DNA of 64,000 nt from Dehalococcoidia bacterium (GCA_022449765.1 JAKUPZ010000003.1:92441-156440); one strand, 5' to 3'. Counted from the first letter of the stretch, positions 1 through 8,667 are shown. Program-made: numbers and translations. Notes: generated by a model not told the origin, from the sequence alone.

Positions 1-165
1 GCATTATCCTTTCTGAATGAACCTTTAGAGGCAGCCCACTTAGAAGTACGTAGAGTTTACTCTGAAGAGCGCTGCTTTCTTGGGCTTGCTAAATTTGATA
101 GATCGACAAACAGTTGGAAACCAGAAAAAGTTTTGACGAAGCCATTGTTATCAAAGTATGCGTGA
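1..165 (+). CDS. 3' end of an unidentified CDS (partial, runs off the window edge)
   Basis: Frame 1 is open from the window edge for 54 codons to TGA at 163-165 (...KPLLSKYA*). No recognisable motif. Below the ORF-track length cutoff. Confidence 0.25.
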   Translation, partial: ALSFLNEPLEAAHLEVRRVYSEERCFLGLAKFDRSTNSWKPEKVLTKPLLSKYA

Positions 166-288
166 ATTTGTTTGGATGACGCTTTTGTGATGGTAGCAGG
201 GAATAACTACGTACGAAGATGGGAGCGACACTGCTTCAATCAATAGCATTAAACCCCTATACTTCCGAGGTCGGAATAAAAAAGGATT

Positions 289-1392
289 ATGAGCATGGGA
301 AAAATTAAAGTAGCGATTGTTGGAGTTGGAAACTGCGCCTCTTCATTTGTTCAAGGGTTGCATCGGTATCGTGAAGCTCCAACTGACGAATTGGTGCCTG
401 GGCTGATGCACGCTGAAATGGGCGGCTATCACATTGGTGATATTGAAGTTGTAGCCGCATTCGACGTAGATAAAACCAAAGTAGGAAAAGACCTATCAGA
501 AGCTATTTTTGCCGGGCAGAATAATACTGCAAAATTTACGGATGTTCCTAAGGCTGGATTAAAAGTAGAAAGAGGTATGACCCACGATGGTATTGGTAAA
601 TACCTGTCAGGAGTCATTGAAAAGGCTGAAGGGCCAACTGCTGATATAGTCAATATTTTAAAAGAAAGAGAAGTTGATGTTTTAATCAACTATCTTCCAG
701 TGGGCTCTGAGGAGGCCACAAAATGGTATGTTGAGCAAGCGTTACAGGCGCAAGTGGGCGTCGTAAATTGTATTCCTGTTTTTATTGCGAGAGAACCCTA
801 TTGGCAAAAAAGGTTTATTGATGCGGGTGTGCCTATAGTCGGAGATGATATTAAATCCCAGGTGGGAGCGACAATAACGCATAGGGTTTTAACTAACCTG
901 TTTAGAGACCGAGGCGTCAAAATCCTTAGGACGTATCAATTGAATTTTGGTGGCAATACAGATTTTATGAATATGTTGGAGAGAGAACGATTGGAGTCTA
1001 AAAAAGAATCAAAAACCAATGCTGTTACCTCCCAGTTGCCATATGATCTTGGTGAGAAAAACGTGCACGTTGGACCCAGTGATTACGTGCCTTGGCTGGA
1101 GGATCGTAAATGGTGCCATATTCGTATTGAAGGCCAAACGTTTGGAGATGTGCCGTTAAATTTGGAACTAAAATTAGAAGTTTGGGATAGTCCAAATTCT
1201 GCAGGGGTTGTTGTTGATGCAGTGCGCTGTGCAAAAATTGCGAAAGATAGAGGGATTAGTGGCCAGCTGGATGGTCCTAGTGCCTATTTCATGAAATCTC
1301 CTTTCAATCAGCATTCTGATGACATAGCAAGAGATTTGGTAGAAGAATTTATTGAACAAAAGAATGTTCCTTTTAAGGCTGAAGAAAATTGA
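289..1392 (+). CDS. ino1: myo-inositol-1-phosphate (inositol-3-phosphate) synthase
   Basis: 367-aa ORF. N-terminal Rossmann motif [13 protein letters not shown] and overall length/pattern typical of bacterial/archaeal-type MIPS. AAAAAGGA upstream of the ATG. Confidence 0.88.
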   Translation: MSMGKIKVAIVGVGNCASSFVQGLHRYREAPTDELVPGLMHAEMGGYHIGDIEVVAAFDVDKTKVGKDLSEAIFAGQNNTAKFTDVPKAGLKVERGMTHDGIGKYLSGVIEKAEGPTADIVNILKEREVDVLINYLPVGSEEATKWYVEQALQAQVGVVNCIPVFIAREPYWQKRFIDAGVPIVGDDIKSQVGATITHRVLTNLFRDRGVKILRTYQLNFGGNTDFMNMLERERLESKKESKTNAVTSQLPYDLGEKNVHVGPSDYVPWLEDRKWCHIRIEGQTFGDVPLNLELKLEVWDSPNSAGVVVDAVRCAKIAKDRGISGQLDGPSAYFMKSPFNQHSDDIARDLVEEFIEQKNVPFKAEEN

Positions 1393-1424
1393 AGACAATA
1401 TGCTAGAAGTGATTACGCTCTTTA

Positions 1425-2576
1425 ATGGTCAGGTCAAGGATTAGTACGAAACCTTTAAAGATCGCATTAGTCTCTCCTTATGATTTGATGACTCCAGGAG
1501 GAGTGAATGACCATGTGTCGAATTTAGCTACTCAACTCAGACGCAAAGGGCATTATGTGACTATAGTGGCCCCGGCTTCAGGGGTCAGTAGTTACAAGGA
1601 AGGTACGCATCTCACAGGGCGAGCTATTCCTTTTCCAAGTGGCGGGTCGGTTGCAAGAATTACTTTGTCGCTGTCGGTTTTTTCGGATATTCGCAGGTTG
1701 CTAGATGAACAACAGTTTGATGTGATTCATTTACACGAGCCAATGGTTCCTTTGCTACCACTGGTGACTTTAGGTTTTTCCAAGTCAGTTAATATCGCGA
1801 CTTTTCATGCATTTCAAGGAACAAGATTAAATCGTTTCTGGAGCCTTTTTACCCGTGGGCTGTTCAATAAATTAGATTGTCACATTGCTGTTTCTGCTCC
1901 TGCGCGTGAATTTGTATCAAAATATTACCCAGCAGAGTATGAAATCATCCCTAATGGTGTTGATCTAGATCGGTTTTCAGGGAAGAACTCATTAAATAAA
2001 TTTAAAGATGGGAAAGTAAATATTCTATTTCTGGGCCGTATGGAGAAGCGAAAAGGGTTTAAATACTTATTGAGCGCTTATCTCCGGACTAAGAAGCAAT
2101 TCCCTGATATTCGTTTGATTGTTGCTGGTGGTACCCAGCCTTTGAAAGAATTAAGGCCTATGCTCAAATCTGATACTAATTTGGATATAGAGTGGGTTGG
2201 TCAAATTTCAGACTCGGATGTTCCGAAGTATTACCATTCAGCTGATATTTTTTGTGCGCCTAATACGGGGAATGAAAGTTTTGGTATTGTCCTCTTGGAG
2301 GCTATGGCATCAGGAAAACCGATTATTGCATCTAAGATAGACGGATTTCTAGAAGTAATGGAAAACGATAAGGAAGGGGTATTTTGCGACCCTGAAAATG
2401 AAGAAGAGTTGGAAGGCGCTTTAAAGAAACTTATTAAGGACGCGAAGCTTCGAGCGAGTATGGGTAAATCTGGTCGCTTAACTGCAAAAAAATACAGCTG
2501 GGATATCATATCCGATGAAATTGAAGACACTTACTTTAAAGCCATAAGTAAAAAACACTCAAAAGTAGGGAAATAG
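1425..2576 (+). CDS. GT4-family (GT-B) glycosyltransferase, PimA-like
   Basis: 383 aa. N-terminus LKIALVSPYDLMTPGGVNDHV...VTIVAPA resembles PimA-type enzymes. C-terminal ESFGIVLLEAMASGKPIIAS is the GT4 E-x7-E region. Confidence 0.8.
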   Translation: MVRSRISTKPLKIALVSPYDLMTPGGVNDHVSNLATQLRRKGHYVTIVAPASGVSSYKEGTHLTGRAIPFPSGGSVARITLSLSVFSDIRRLLDEQQFDVIHLHEPMVPLLPLVTLGFSKSVNIATFHAFQGTRLNRFWSLFTRGLFNKLDCHIAVSAPAREFVSKYYPAEYEIIPNGVDLDRFSGKNSLNKFKDGKVNILFLGRMEKRKGFKYLLSAYLRTKKQFPDIRLIVAGGTQPLKELRPMLKSDTNLDIEWVGQISDSDVPKYYHSADIFCAPNTGNESFGIVLLEAMASGKPIIASKIDGFLEVMENDKEGVFCDPENEEELEGALKKLIKDAKLRASMGKSGRLTAKKYSWDIISDEIEDTYFKAISKKHSKVGK

Positions 2577-3169
2577 TGAAGATACCTGTTATTCGCACTC
2601 ATGCGCGTGGTCTAGTTACTAAATTTTTCAGTAATCCGATTGCTAAAATTTTGATTGCTTTAAAAATTTCACCCAATTTGATAACAGTGATAGGTTTTTT
2701 AGTTACCTCCTATTCGGCTTACCTAATTGCGCAAGGGGATTTAGTCCTAGGCGGGTCAATAATGTTTGTAGGTGCGGGTATGGACATGTTTGATGGCGCA
2801 GTTGCTCGAATGGCTGGCCGTGAATCTGTTTTTGGAGCCTTTTTCGATTCGGTAATGGATCGGCTGGGCGAAGCAATGACTTTATTTGGCCTGCTTGCTT
2901 ATTTTGTAGCAGAAGGCGACAGTAACGGGATTTATCTTTCGTTTGGAGCTCTTACGGTTTCAATGATGGTTAGCTACTTGCGAGCTCGAGCAGAGGGCTT
3001 ATCAATTCCTGGAGATAAAGGAATTTTAGGTAGGCCTGAGAGAGTTGTGGTGCTTGGGGTAACCCTCATCGTTGGCCTCCCTTCGTGGGGTCTAGGTATC
3101 ATAGTGGGTTTTGGATTAGTAACTATCTTGCAACGTGGAATACATGTTTGGAAAAACGCTAATCGTTAA
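2576..3169 (+). CDS. CDP-alcohol phosphatidyltransferase (candidate phosphatidylinositol-phosphate synthase)
   Basis: 197-aa polytopic ORF with DMFDGAVARMAGRESVFGAFFDSVMDRLGE, matching D-G-x2-A-R-x8-G-x3-D-x3-D. GTG start overlaps the upstream TAG by 1 nt. Confidence 0.85.
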   Translation: MKIPVIRTHARGLVTKFFSNPIAKILIALKISPNLITVIGFLVTSYSAYLIAQGDLVLGGSIMFVGAGMDMFDGAVARMAGRESVFGAFFDSVMDRLGEAMTLFGLLAYFVAEGDSNGIYLSFGALTVSMMVSYLRARAEGLSIPGDKGILGRPERVVVLGVTLIVGLPSWGLGIIVGFGLVTILQRGIHVWKNANR

Positions 3170-3192
3170 AGCAATCTATGGAAAGGCAAAGC

Positions 3193-3408
3193 TTATCCTA
3201 GACAGGAAGGGCAGAAGCTCACCAAATGTATTTTGCATACATCGGTATTCTTACTTGTTACAGAGAGCTTCCGTAATGGCTTATCCCAATAAGGACTTTT
3301 GCATTTAGCACATACCCTAGGGTCTCGCGCATTGTTTCTTGCGGCCCATACATGCTCGCACCGGGTGCAAGTGTATTGGAATATCGTGATTTCTTCTTTG
3401 GGTGCCAT
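3193..3408 (-). CDS. small Cys-rich zinc-ribbon protein (function unknown)
   Basis: 71 aa with CTRC...CAKC plus a C-terminal C...CPSC. Divergent from the znu operon. Confidence 0.55.
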   Translation of the reverse strand: MAPKEEITIFQYTCTRCEHVWAARNNARDPRVCAKCKSPYWDKPLRKLSVTSKNTDVCKIHLVSFCPSCLG

Positions 3409-3416
3409 AACTAAAG

Positions 3417-3478
3417 TATATACCTATAGGTAGACAACTAGTCTATACCTCCTTATACTATGTACCTATGAGTATATA
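3417..3478. promoter_or_regulatory. pair of inverted 16-bp operator-like boxes (TATATACCTATAGGTA / TACCTATGAGTATATA)
   Basis: Box 1 (3417-3432) contains the perfect 12-bp palindrome TACCTATAGGTA (3421-3432). Box 2 (3463-3478) is its reverse complement with 2 mismatches. Centres are about 42 bp apart. A half-box TATATACC recurs at 3514-3521. Confidence 0.4.
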
Positions 3479-3604
3479 GTTAGGGTTTTAGGTTGGTGCC
3501 TTCTTTTCCTACTATATACCAAGTTTACTTTTGTAGCACTGGGTTATCTCCTCCCGCTGCCAAGCTTTAGCTTGATTATCCCAGTGCTACTCATAAGAGG
3601 TGCA

Positions 3605-4666
3605 ATGAATAGTAAAGTTTCGGTTATTCGATATTTGTACATGGGCTTAGCCTCTGTATTATTTTTAAGTTTCTTTTTGATTGTTTCTGCTTGTTCAAGT
3701 GATTCTTCTGAAGAGGTATCTGAGGAAATAGCTCAAGAGGTTAAACAAGTAAATGTTGTAACAACGATCTACCCGCTTGAGTATTATGCCACTAGAATTG
3801 GCGGGGAATATGTAAAGGTCACATCCCTTGCAGGGGTGGGAGTCGATGCTCATACAATTGAGTTAACACCAAGTCAGTTGCAAGGTATGCAAAATGCTGA
3901 CCTGATGTTTGCTAATGGCTTAATGATGGAGCCTTGGTTTGAGCGTGCACTAACATCACTGGGGGCCGAAGCCGTGGCGAAGACCCATTATTTGTCAGAG
4001 TTTGAGTTTACCAAGCTTGAATTCGAAGAAGGCCATGATGACCACGATGAGCACAAAGATGGCCACGACGACCATGATGAGCACAAAGATGGCCACGACG
4101 ACCACGAGGGTCATGAAGGACATGCCCACGGCGAGTTTGATCCTCACATCTGGTTGGATCCTCTTTATGCTATAAAGCAATCAAAGGCTGTGCTAGACGC
4201 ATTAAGCGCGAAAGACCCAAGTAATATGGATTACTATTTGGGGAACTACCAGAAGCTCGAGCAAGATTTGCAATCATTGCACCAGGACTACACCAATGGG
4301 TTGTCGAGCTGTAAACACGAAGAATTTGTTATTTCGCATGCTGCCTTCGGGTATATTGCTGCCAGATACAACCTAGAGCAGATTGAAATCGCTGGTCTTT
4401 CGGCTGAAGCTTCACCCTCTGCGGCTCGATTAGCAGAAATTGCGGAGCGCGTTGGTAAGCTAGGTCTCGGAAGCGTACTAGTTGAGGCGCTGCAGTGGGA
4501 TAATTCGGTTTCTCAAACATTAGCGAATGAATCGAATCTGCAGGCTTTGCCAGTACATGTAATTGGCACCGTTACGAGAGATGAGTTGAATGAGCATGCT
4601 GATTACATGGGATTGATGAGGAATAACCTTAAATCCTTACAAACAGCTATGGAATGTAGCGCCTAA
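3605..4666 (+). CDS. znuA: metal ABC transporter substrate-binding lipoprotein (ZnuA-like, cluster-9 SBP) with a His/Asp-rich loop
   Basis: ATG at 3605 is preceded by AAGAGGTG; the track ORF starts at TTG 3572. Signal peptide with lipobox-like LIVSAC. Loop HDDHDEHKDGHDDHDEHKDGHDDHEGHEGHAHGEFDPH typical of Zn-specific ZnuA. Followed by an ATPase and a permease. Confidence 0.85.
   Translation: MNSKVSVIRYLYMGLASVLFLSFFLIVSACSSDSSEEVSEEIAQEVKQVNVVTTIYPLEYYATRIGGEYVKVTSLAGVGVDAHTIELTPSQLQGMQNADLMFANGLMMEPWFERALTSLGAEAVAKTHYLSEFEFTKLEFEEGHDDHDEHKDGHDDHDEHKDGHDDHEGHEGHAHGEFDPHIWLDPLYAIKQSKAVLDALSAKDPSNMDYYLGNYQKLEQDLQSLHQDYTNGLSSCKHEEFVISHAAFGYIAARYNLEQIEIAGLSAEASPSAARLAEIAERVGKLGLGSVLVEALQWDNSVSQTLANESNLQALPVHVIGTVTRDELNEHADYMGLMRNNLKSLQTAMECSA
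4031..4120 (+). repeat. in-frame 30-nt tandem repeat (about 3 copies) encoding GHDDHDEHKD units
   Basis: ggccatgatgaccacgatgagcacaaagat / ggccacgacgaccatgatgagcacaaagat / ggccacgacgaccacgagggtcatgaagga read directly. Confidence 0.9.
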
Positions 4667-4704
4667 CTAAATATCGCATAAGGTGCATAAATATTTTGTA
4701 GAAT

Positions 4705-4738
4705 AAAGAGATACCCTCAAAATCGAGGGTATCTCTTT
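4705..4738 (+). terminator. 14-bp perfect stem-loop between znuA and znuC (intra-operon attenuator/terminator candidate)
   Basis: aaagagataccctc-aaaatc-gagggtatctcttt. The 3' arm ends in a short T run. Lies 39 nt after the znuA stop. Confidence 0.5.
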
Positions 4739-4805
4739 ATGATATAGGGTTGACCAGAGATAACCCCTGCGCACACAACAACGCTGGAGTGTATAGTCTG
4801 AATTA

Positions 4806-5561
4806 ATGGATACGATAATAGAATTTGAAAATATTACATTTTCGTATGGAGAGATTCCAGCAGTTAAGGAGATCTCTCTAAAGGTTGATCGTGGTGGATT
4901 CGTAGCCATAGTTGGGCCAAATGGTAGCGGTAAGAGCACTTTGATTAAGCTAGCCTTGGGTTTATTGAAGCCTCAAGAAGGCAAGAGTTTACTTTTCAAT
5001 ACAAATGTTGAGGAATTTTCGGCTTGGGAGCGAATTGGATACGTTCCTCAAGTTGCAAGTGGAATGCATGCAAGGCTACCAATGACGGTTTCTGAAATAG
5101 TTGCTCAAGGCCGTTATATAGGGTTTTCCCCGAAGTCATTTTGGACTTCATCGGCGGGAATAGATATTGATAATGCCTTAGATGTTGTGGGAGCAAAACA
5201 TTTGAAAGAGCGCAGAATTGGAGAGCTTTCTACGGGGCAGCAGCAAAGAGTTTTGGTTGCAAGAGCACTTGTTAAAGCCCCTGATATCTTGATGTTGGAT
5301 GAGCCTATCGGGGGAGTGGACGTTGACGGTGAGGAGCGGATTTATGAAATCATTCGAGAGCTCAACCAGCAAGGGATAACAATAGTTATGGTGTCTCACG
5401 ATATAGGAGCTGTAATGCGTGAGGCGAAAACAGTAGCTTGTATAAATCAAACATTAGCTTTCCATGGGGCACCTCATGAATTAACGCGAGACGAACTTGC
5501 AAATCTGTACGGGTTTCCAGTTGAAGTGCTCTTACATGATGCGCTGCATGAGCATAGATAA
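4806..5561 (+). CDS. znuC: metal ABC transporter ATP-binding protein (ZnuC-like)
   Basis: Walker A GPNGSGKST, signature LSTGQQQR, Walker B ILMLDEP. Confidence 0.88.
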   Translation: MDTIIEFENITFSYGEIPAVKEISLKVDRGGFVAIVGPNGSGKSTLIKLALGLLKPQEGKSLLFNTNVEEFSAWERIGYVPQVASGMHARLPMTVSEIVAQGRYIGFSPKSFWTSSAGIDIDNALDVVGAKHLKERRIGELSTGQQQRVLVARALVKAPDILMLDEPIGGVDVDGEERIYEIIRELNQQGITIVMVSHDIGAVMREAKTVACINQTLAFHGAPHELTRDELANLYGFPVEVLLHDALHEHR

Positions 5562-5567
5562 GGTGAG

Positions 5568-6389
5568 ATGCTAATGCTTCCTTCAATATTGCAATACGAT
5601 TTTATGGTGAGAGCCTTAATTGGGGGTATCCTTGCTGGCGGAATTGCCCCGGTGTTAGGTGCTTTTCTCGTGTTGCGCAGGTATTCATTAATTGCTGAAA
5701 CCCTTGCGCATGTCGGTTTATTAGGAGTGGCTATAGGCCTTGCCACGAGCACTTACCCTACGATAACCACGTTTATTGCAGTGACAATAGCAGCGATTTT
5801 TATTGAGCGATTGCGGGTTAGCGGAAAATTGCCTGGAGATATTGCATTGGCAGTAGTTTTGTATGCAACTATGGCTGCTGCAGTGGTCATTATTAATAGT
5901 GTCAGGGGATTTAATCTGGATTTGTGGGGGTTTCTTTTCGGTTCAATTCTAACTATATCGGCAACAGATGTTTGGCTATTATTGCTACTGGCAGTGCTGG
6001 TTCTTACCTTCATAACAATGTTTTACCCAGAGCTTTCAATGACCGCATTTGATGATGATTTAGCTAAAGTTTCTGGTGTTCGAGTGGATTTATTGAACCT
6101 AGGGTTGGCCATTTTGACGGCAGCGGTAGTCACGTTATCAATGCGAGTCTTAGGGGTTCTCCTGGTGGGAGCACTTATTGTTATCCCCTTTTTAATAGGG
6201 CAGACACTTTGCTCGGGTCTCAGGAAATCACTGGGCGTGGCGTCATTAGCGGGAAGCATCAGTGCGGTAATAGGGTTATTCATTTCATTTTATGCGGATC
6301 TTGTTGCAGGTGGGTCGATAGTTTTGACCGCGGTAACGTTGCTTTTAATGGCTCAGTTATGGAAAAAGCTCAAGCAACGAGCTGATTAA
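5568..6389 (+). CDS. znuB: metal ABC transporter permease (ZnuB-like)
   Basis: 273-aa polytopic membrane protein directly after znuC. ABC-3 family look. Confidence 0.85.
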   Translation: MLMLPSILQYDFMVRALIGGILAGGIAPVLGAFLVLRRYSLIAETLAHVGLLGVAIGLATSTYPTITTFIAVTIAAIFIERLRVSGKLPGDIALAVVLYATMAAAVVIINSVRGFNLDLWGFLFGSILTISATDVWLLLLLAVLVLTFITMFYPELSMTAFDDDLAKVSGVRVDLLNLGLAILTAAVVTLSMRVLGVLLVGALIVIPFLIGQTLCSGLRKSLGVASLAGSISAVIGLFISFYADLVAGGSIVLTAVTLLLMAQLWKKLKQRAD

Positions 6390-6399
6390 AGGAGCGGAA

Positions 6400-7350
6400 T
6401 TGAAAAGAGGAATAGGAATTACTGCCATGGGCGGTAATAGCAATGAAGTCCTGCAGCGAATAAAAAATTACGAAGTAAGAGGAATTAACGCTGCGTGGCT
6501 CACTGTTGGCAGTGCGAGTCTCGATGGAATAACAATTATGGCAGCCGCGGGCTTAGTAACAGAGAAAGTACTACTTGGAACATCTATAGTTCCGAGCTGG
6601 GGGCGGCATCCCGTTGTCGCTGCACAGCAAACCCAAGTTGCTTCTCAATTATCCAATAATCGTTTCCGGTTTGGAGTTGGGCCTAGTCATATAGCTAGTA
6701 TGCAAAAGGTTTTTGGCGCTGACTACAGGACGCCTTTAACTGCGCTAAGAGAATATTTGATTATAGTTAAGACGCTTCTGGATACAGGCTCAGTTAAATT
6801 TAACGGTAAAATTTATGACGCTGACGTTGCTCTACCTGCTCCAGTGCCAGGGGTTCCAGTATTGGCATCTGCCTTGAGAGCAAAGTCTTATGAACTTTGC
6901 GGAGAATTAGCGGACGGTGCAATTAGTTGGGTTTCGCCAGATATATATTTAAAAGAAGTGGCATTGCCTGCAATTGCAAAAGGTGCTGAGGCGGTAGGAA
7001 GAGAAGCACCTCCTTTGATTGCACACGTACCAATTTGTGTAGATGAAAATGTTGAGGATGTAAGAAGCGCAGCGCGTAATCAATTAGCGCATTATCCTCG
7101 GTCCCCGTTTTATCAGGCGATGTTTGCCCAAGCAGGATTCCCCGAAGCTGCAGAAACATCAAATTGGAGTGATGGAATGATTGAGGCAGTAGTTTTTTCA
7201 GGGAATGAAGAAAAAATCGAAGAGAGAATAGAAAAGCTTTTTGAGTACGGTGTTACTGAAATAATTTTTTCTATAGTAACGACAGAGGCAGATCCAGATT
7301 CTTCGCGAGAGCGAAGCTTAGAATTGCTGTCAAAAGTAGCTCAAGATTGA
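6400..7350 (+). CDS. luciferase-like monooxygenase (LLM) class, probably F420-dependent oxidoreductase
   Basis: 316 aa. TTG start 5 nt after AAGGAG. TIM-barrel LLM pattern (FRFGVGPSH..., C-terminal ...EIIFSIV). Confidence 0.75.
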   Translation: MKRGIGITAMGGNSNEVLQRIKNYEVRGINAAWLTVGSASLDGITIMAAAGLVTEKVLLGTSIVPSWGRHPVVAAQQTQVASQLSNNRFRFGVGPSHIASMQKVFGADYRTPLTALREYLIIVKTLLDTGSVKFNGKIYDADVALPAPVPGVPVLASALRAKSYELCGELADGAISWVSPDIYLKEVALPAIAKGAEAVGREAPPLIAHVPICVDENVEDVRSAARNQLAHYPRSPFYQAMFAQAGFPEAAETSNWSDGMIEAVVFSGNEEKIEERIEKLFEYGVTEIIFSIVTTEADPDSSRERSLELLSKVAQD

Positions 7351-7412
7351 CCGGCTTTATAGTCAAGCCTATGATCATAAAAAATTAGTTTGGGGCAGGG
7401 GTTAGTCAAGGT

Positions 7413-7655
7413 ATGGCAACAACGAAGGCATTTGTATTAATTGAGACCGCAGTGGGTAAGACTAAAGATGTAGTGGCTTCACTACTAGAGCTTTCAGGCG
7501 TCGCATCAGTAGATGTGGTTACAGGACCTTACGATATTATCTGTATGGTCCAAGCTGAGGACTTAAGTTCAGTTGGGGACACTGTGACAGGAAGTGTTCA
7601 TACTATCGGTGGGATAGTACGTACCGTAACTTGCCTGGCAGTAGGCAGTGAATAA
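7413..7655 (+). CDS. stand-alone Lrp/AsnC ligand-binding (RAM) domain protein
   Basis: 80 aa, AFVLIETAVGKTKDVVASL...GPYDIICMVQAEDL pattern. No HTH domain. Confidence 0.7.
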   Translation: MATTKAFVLIETAVGKTKDVVASLLELSGVASVDVVTGPYDIICMVQAEDLSSVGDTVTGSVHTIGGIVRTVTCLAVGSE

Positions 7656-7685
7656 TCGCTAATCTTAAATGATTGGGGTACCGCC

Positions 7686-8033
7686 ATGGTCGATTGGAAT
7701 TGCATTTTTTGTGATATATCCCAAGGGAAAATTCCCGCTACTAAGATATTTGAAGATGATACGGTTTTTGCAATTTTGGACATTGCTCCTAAGGCCCCAG
7801 AGCATATCCTTGTGATACCTCATGCTCATATAGAAGATTTAGTTTTTTCTTCTGTGCGTGAGATAAATGCAGTTGTGCATTGCATGAAGAAGGCCCCTCA
7901 GATAGCTAATAATAGAGGGTTGTCTCATTCGGGGTATCGGCTAGTTGTAAATCAAGGAATCGATTCGGGCCAAGAGGTTCCCCATTTTCATTTACATATC
8001 TTGGGTGGCCGCAAACTTCAAACTATGGGATAG
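7686..8033 (+). CDS. HIT-family (histidine triad) nucleotide hydrolase
   Basis: 115 aa ending with the triad HFHLHILGG. Confidence 0.88.
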   Translation: MVDWNCIFCDISQGKIPATKIFEDDTVFAILDIAPKAPEHILVIPHAHIEDLVFSSVREINAVVHCMKKAPQIANNRGLSHSGYRLVVNQGIDSGQEVPHFHLHILGGRKLQTMG

Positions 8034-8035
8034 CA

Positions 8036-8617
8036 ATGGATTTTGAGTTACCTAAATCACTGCAAGAGCATTTAGCGGCTTTGCCTAAAAATTTAAGCCT
8101 ACATATAGGCAGAGTTAGAGGAATAGCTAAAGAGCTCGCCCAAATGCATAACTTAGATGTGGAACTTGCTGATTTAACGGCTGCTGCGCATGATGTTGCA
8201 CGGCATTTGCCTGGCGGGAAGCTTATCGAAGAGGCCGAAAGATTAAATATTCCGGTAGGGGAATTTGAAAAAGCCGCACCGATAGTTCTGCATGGACCTG
8301 TTGGAGCGACTTGGTTGCGTCAAGAAGGTGTTTTACTAGACCCGGAGTTGTTTGATGCTGTTTATTGGCATACAAGCGCCCATCCTGATCTTAGCCCAAT
8401 AGGTAAAGTAGTTTTTGTGGCAGACAAAATAGATCCGGCAAAAGCTAAGGCCTACCCCTTTCAATCTAGTGTTATTGAGGCGGTCGCGAATAGCCTGGAT
8501 GAAGGAGTTTTAGCTTTCCTAGATGGAGTCATTAGGGAACACGTTGATCATTGTCGCCTTGTTCACCCAGTGAGCATAAATACCCGGAATAGGTTGATAA
8601 TAGAGAGCAGTTGCTAA
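8036..8617 (+). CDS. HD-domain phosphohydrolase, YqeK-like
   Basis: 193 aa with AAAHDVARH and later ...WHTSAHPD...FVADKIDP, typical of YqeK-type HD proteins. 2-nt gap after the HIT gene. Confidence 0.65.
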   Translation: MDFELPKSLQEHLAALPKNLSLHIGRVRGIAKELAQMHNLDVELADLTAAAHDVARHLPGGKLIEEAERLNIPVGEFEKAAPIVLHGPVGATWLRQEGVLLDPELFDAVYWHTSAHPDLSPIGKVVFVADKIDPAKAKAYPFQSSVIEAVANSLDEGVLAFLDGVIREHVDHCRLVHPVSINTRNRLIIESSC

Positions 8618-8621
8618 ATCC

Positions 8622-8635
8622 AGAAAATATGTTCT
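8622..8635. promoter_or_regulatory. LexA (Cheo/Gram-positive type) box, one mismatch
   Basis: AGAAAATATGTTCT versus aGAAC-N4-GTTCt. Confidence 0.45.
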
Positions 8636-8653
8636 AATTTTGATTGCTTTTAA

Positions 8654-8667
8654 AGAACTTATGTTCT
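8654..8667. promoter_or_regulatory. LexA (Cheo/Gram-positive type) box, perfect
   Basis: AGAACTTATGTTCT is a perfect GAAC-N4-GTTC palindrome with extended A/T flanks. Lies 35 nt upstream of ATG 8702. Confidence 0.6.

Noticed and set aside
3572-3604. TTG 3572 as the znuA start
   Set aside because: ATG 3605 has a well-spaced AAGAGGTG SD and yields a normal signal peptide with a lipobox. The TTG extension adds 11 residues with no SD.
4021-4140. Repeated GGCCACGACGACCA... units as a possible CRISPR or minisatellite
   Set aside because: The units are contiguous with no spacers. They are in frame inside znuA and encode the His-rich metal-binding loop.
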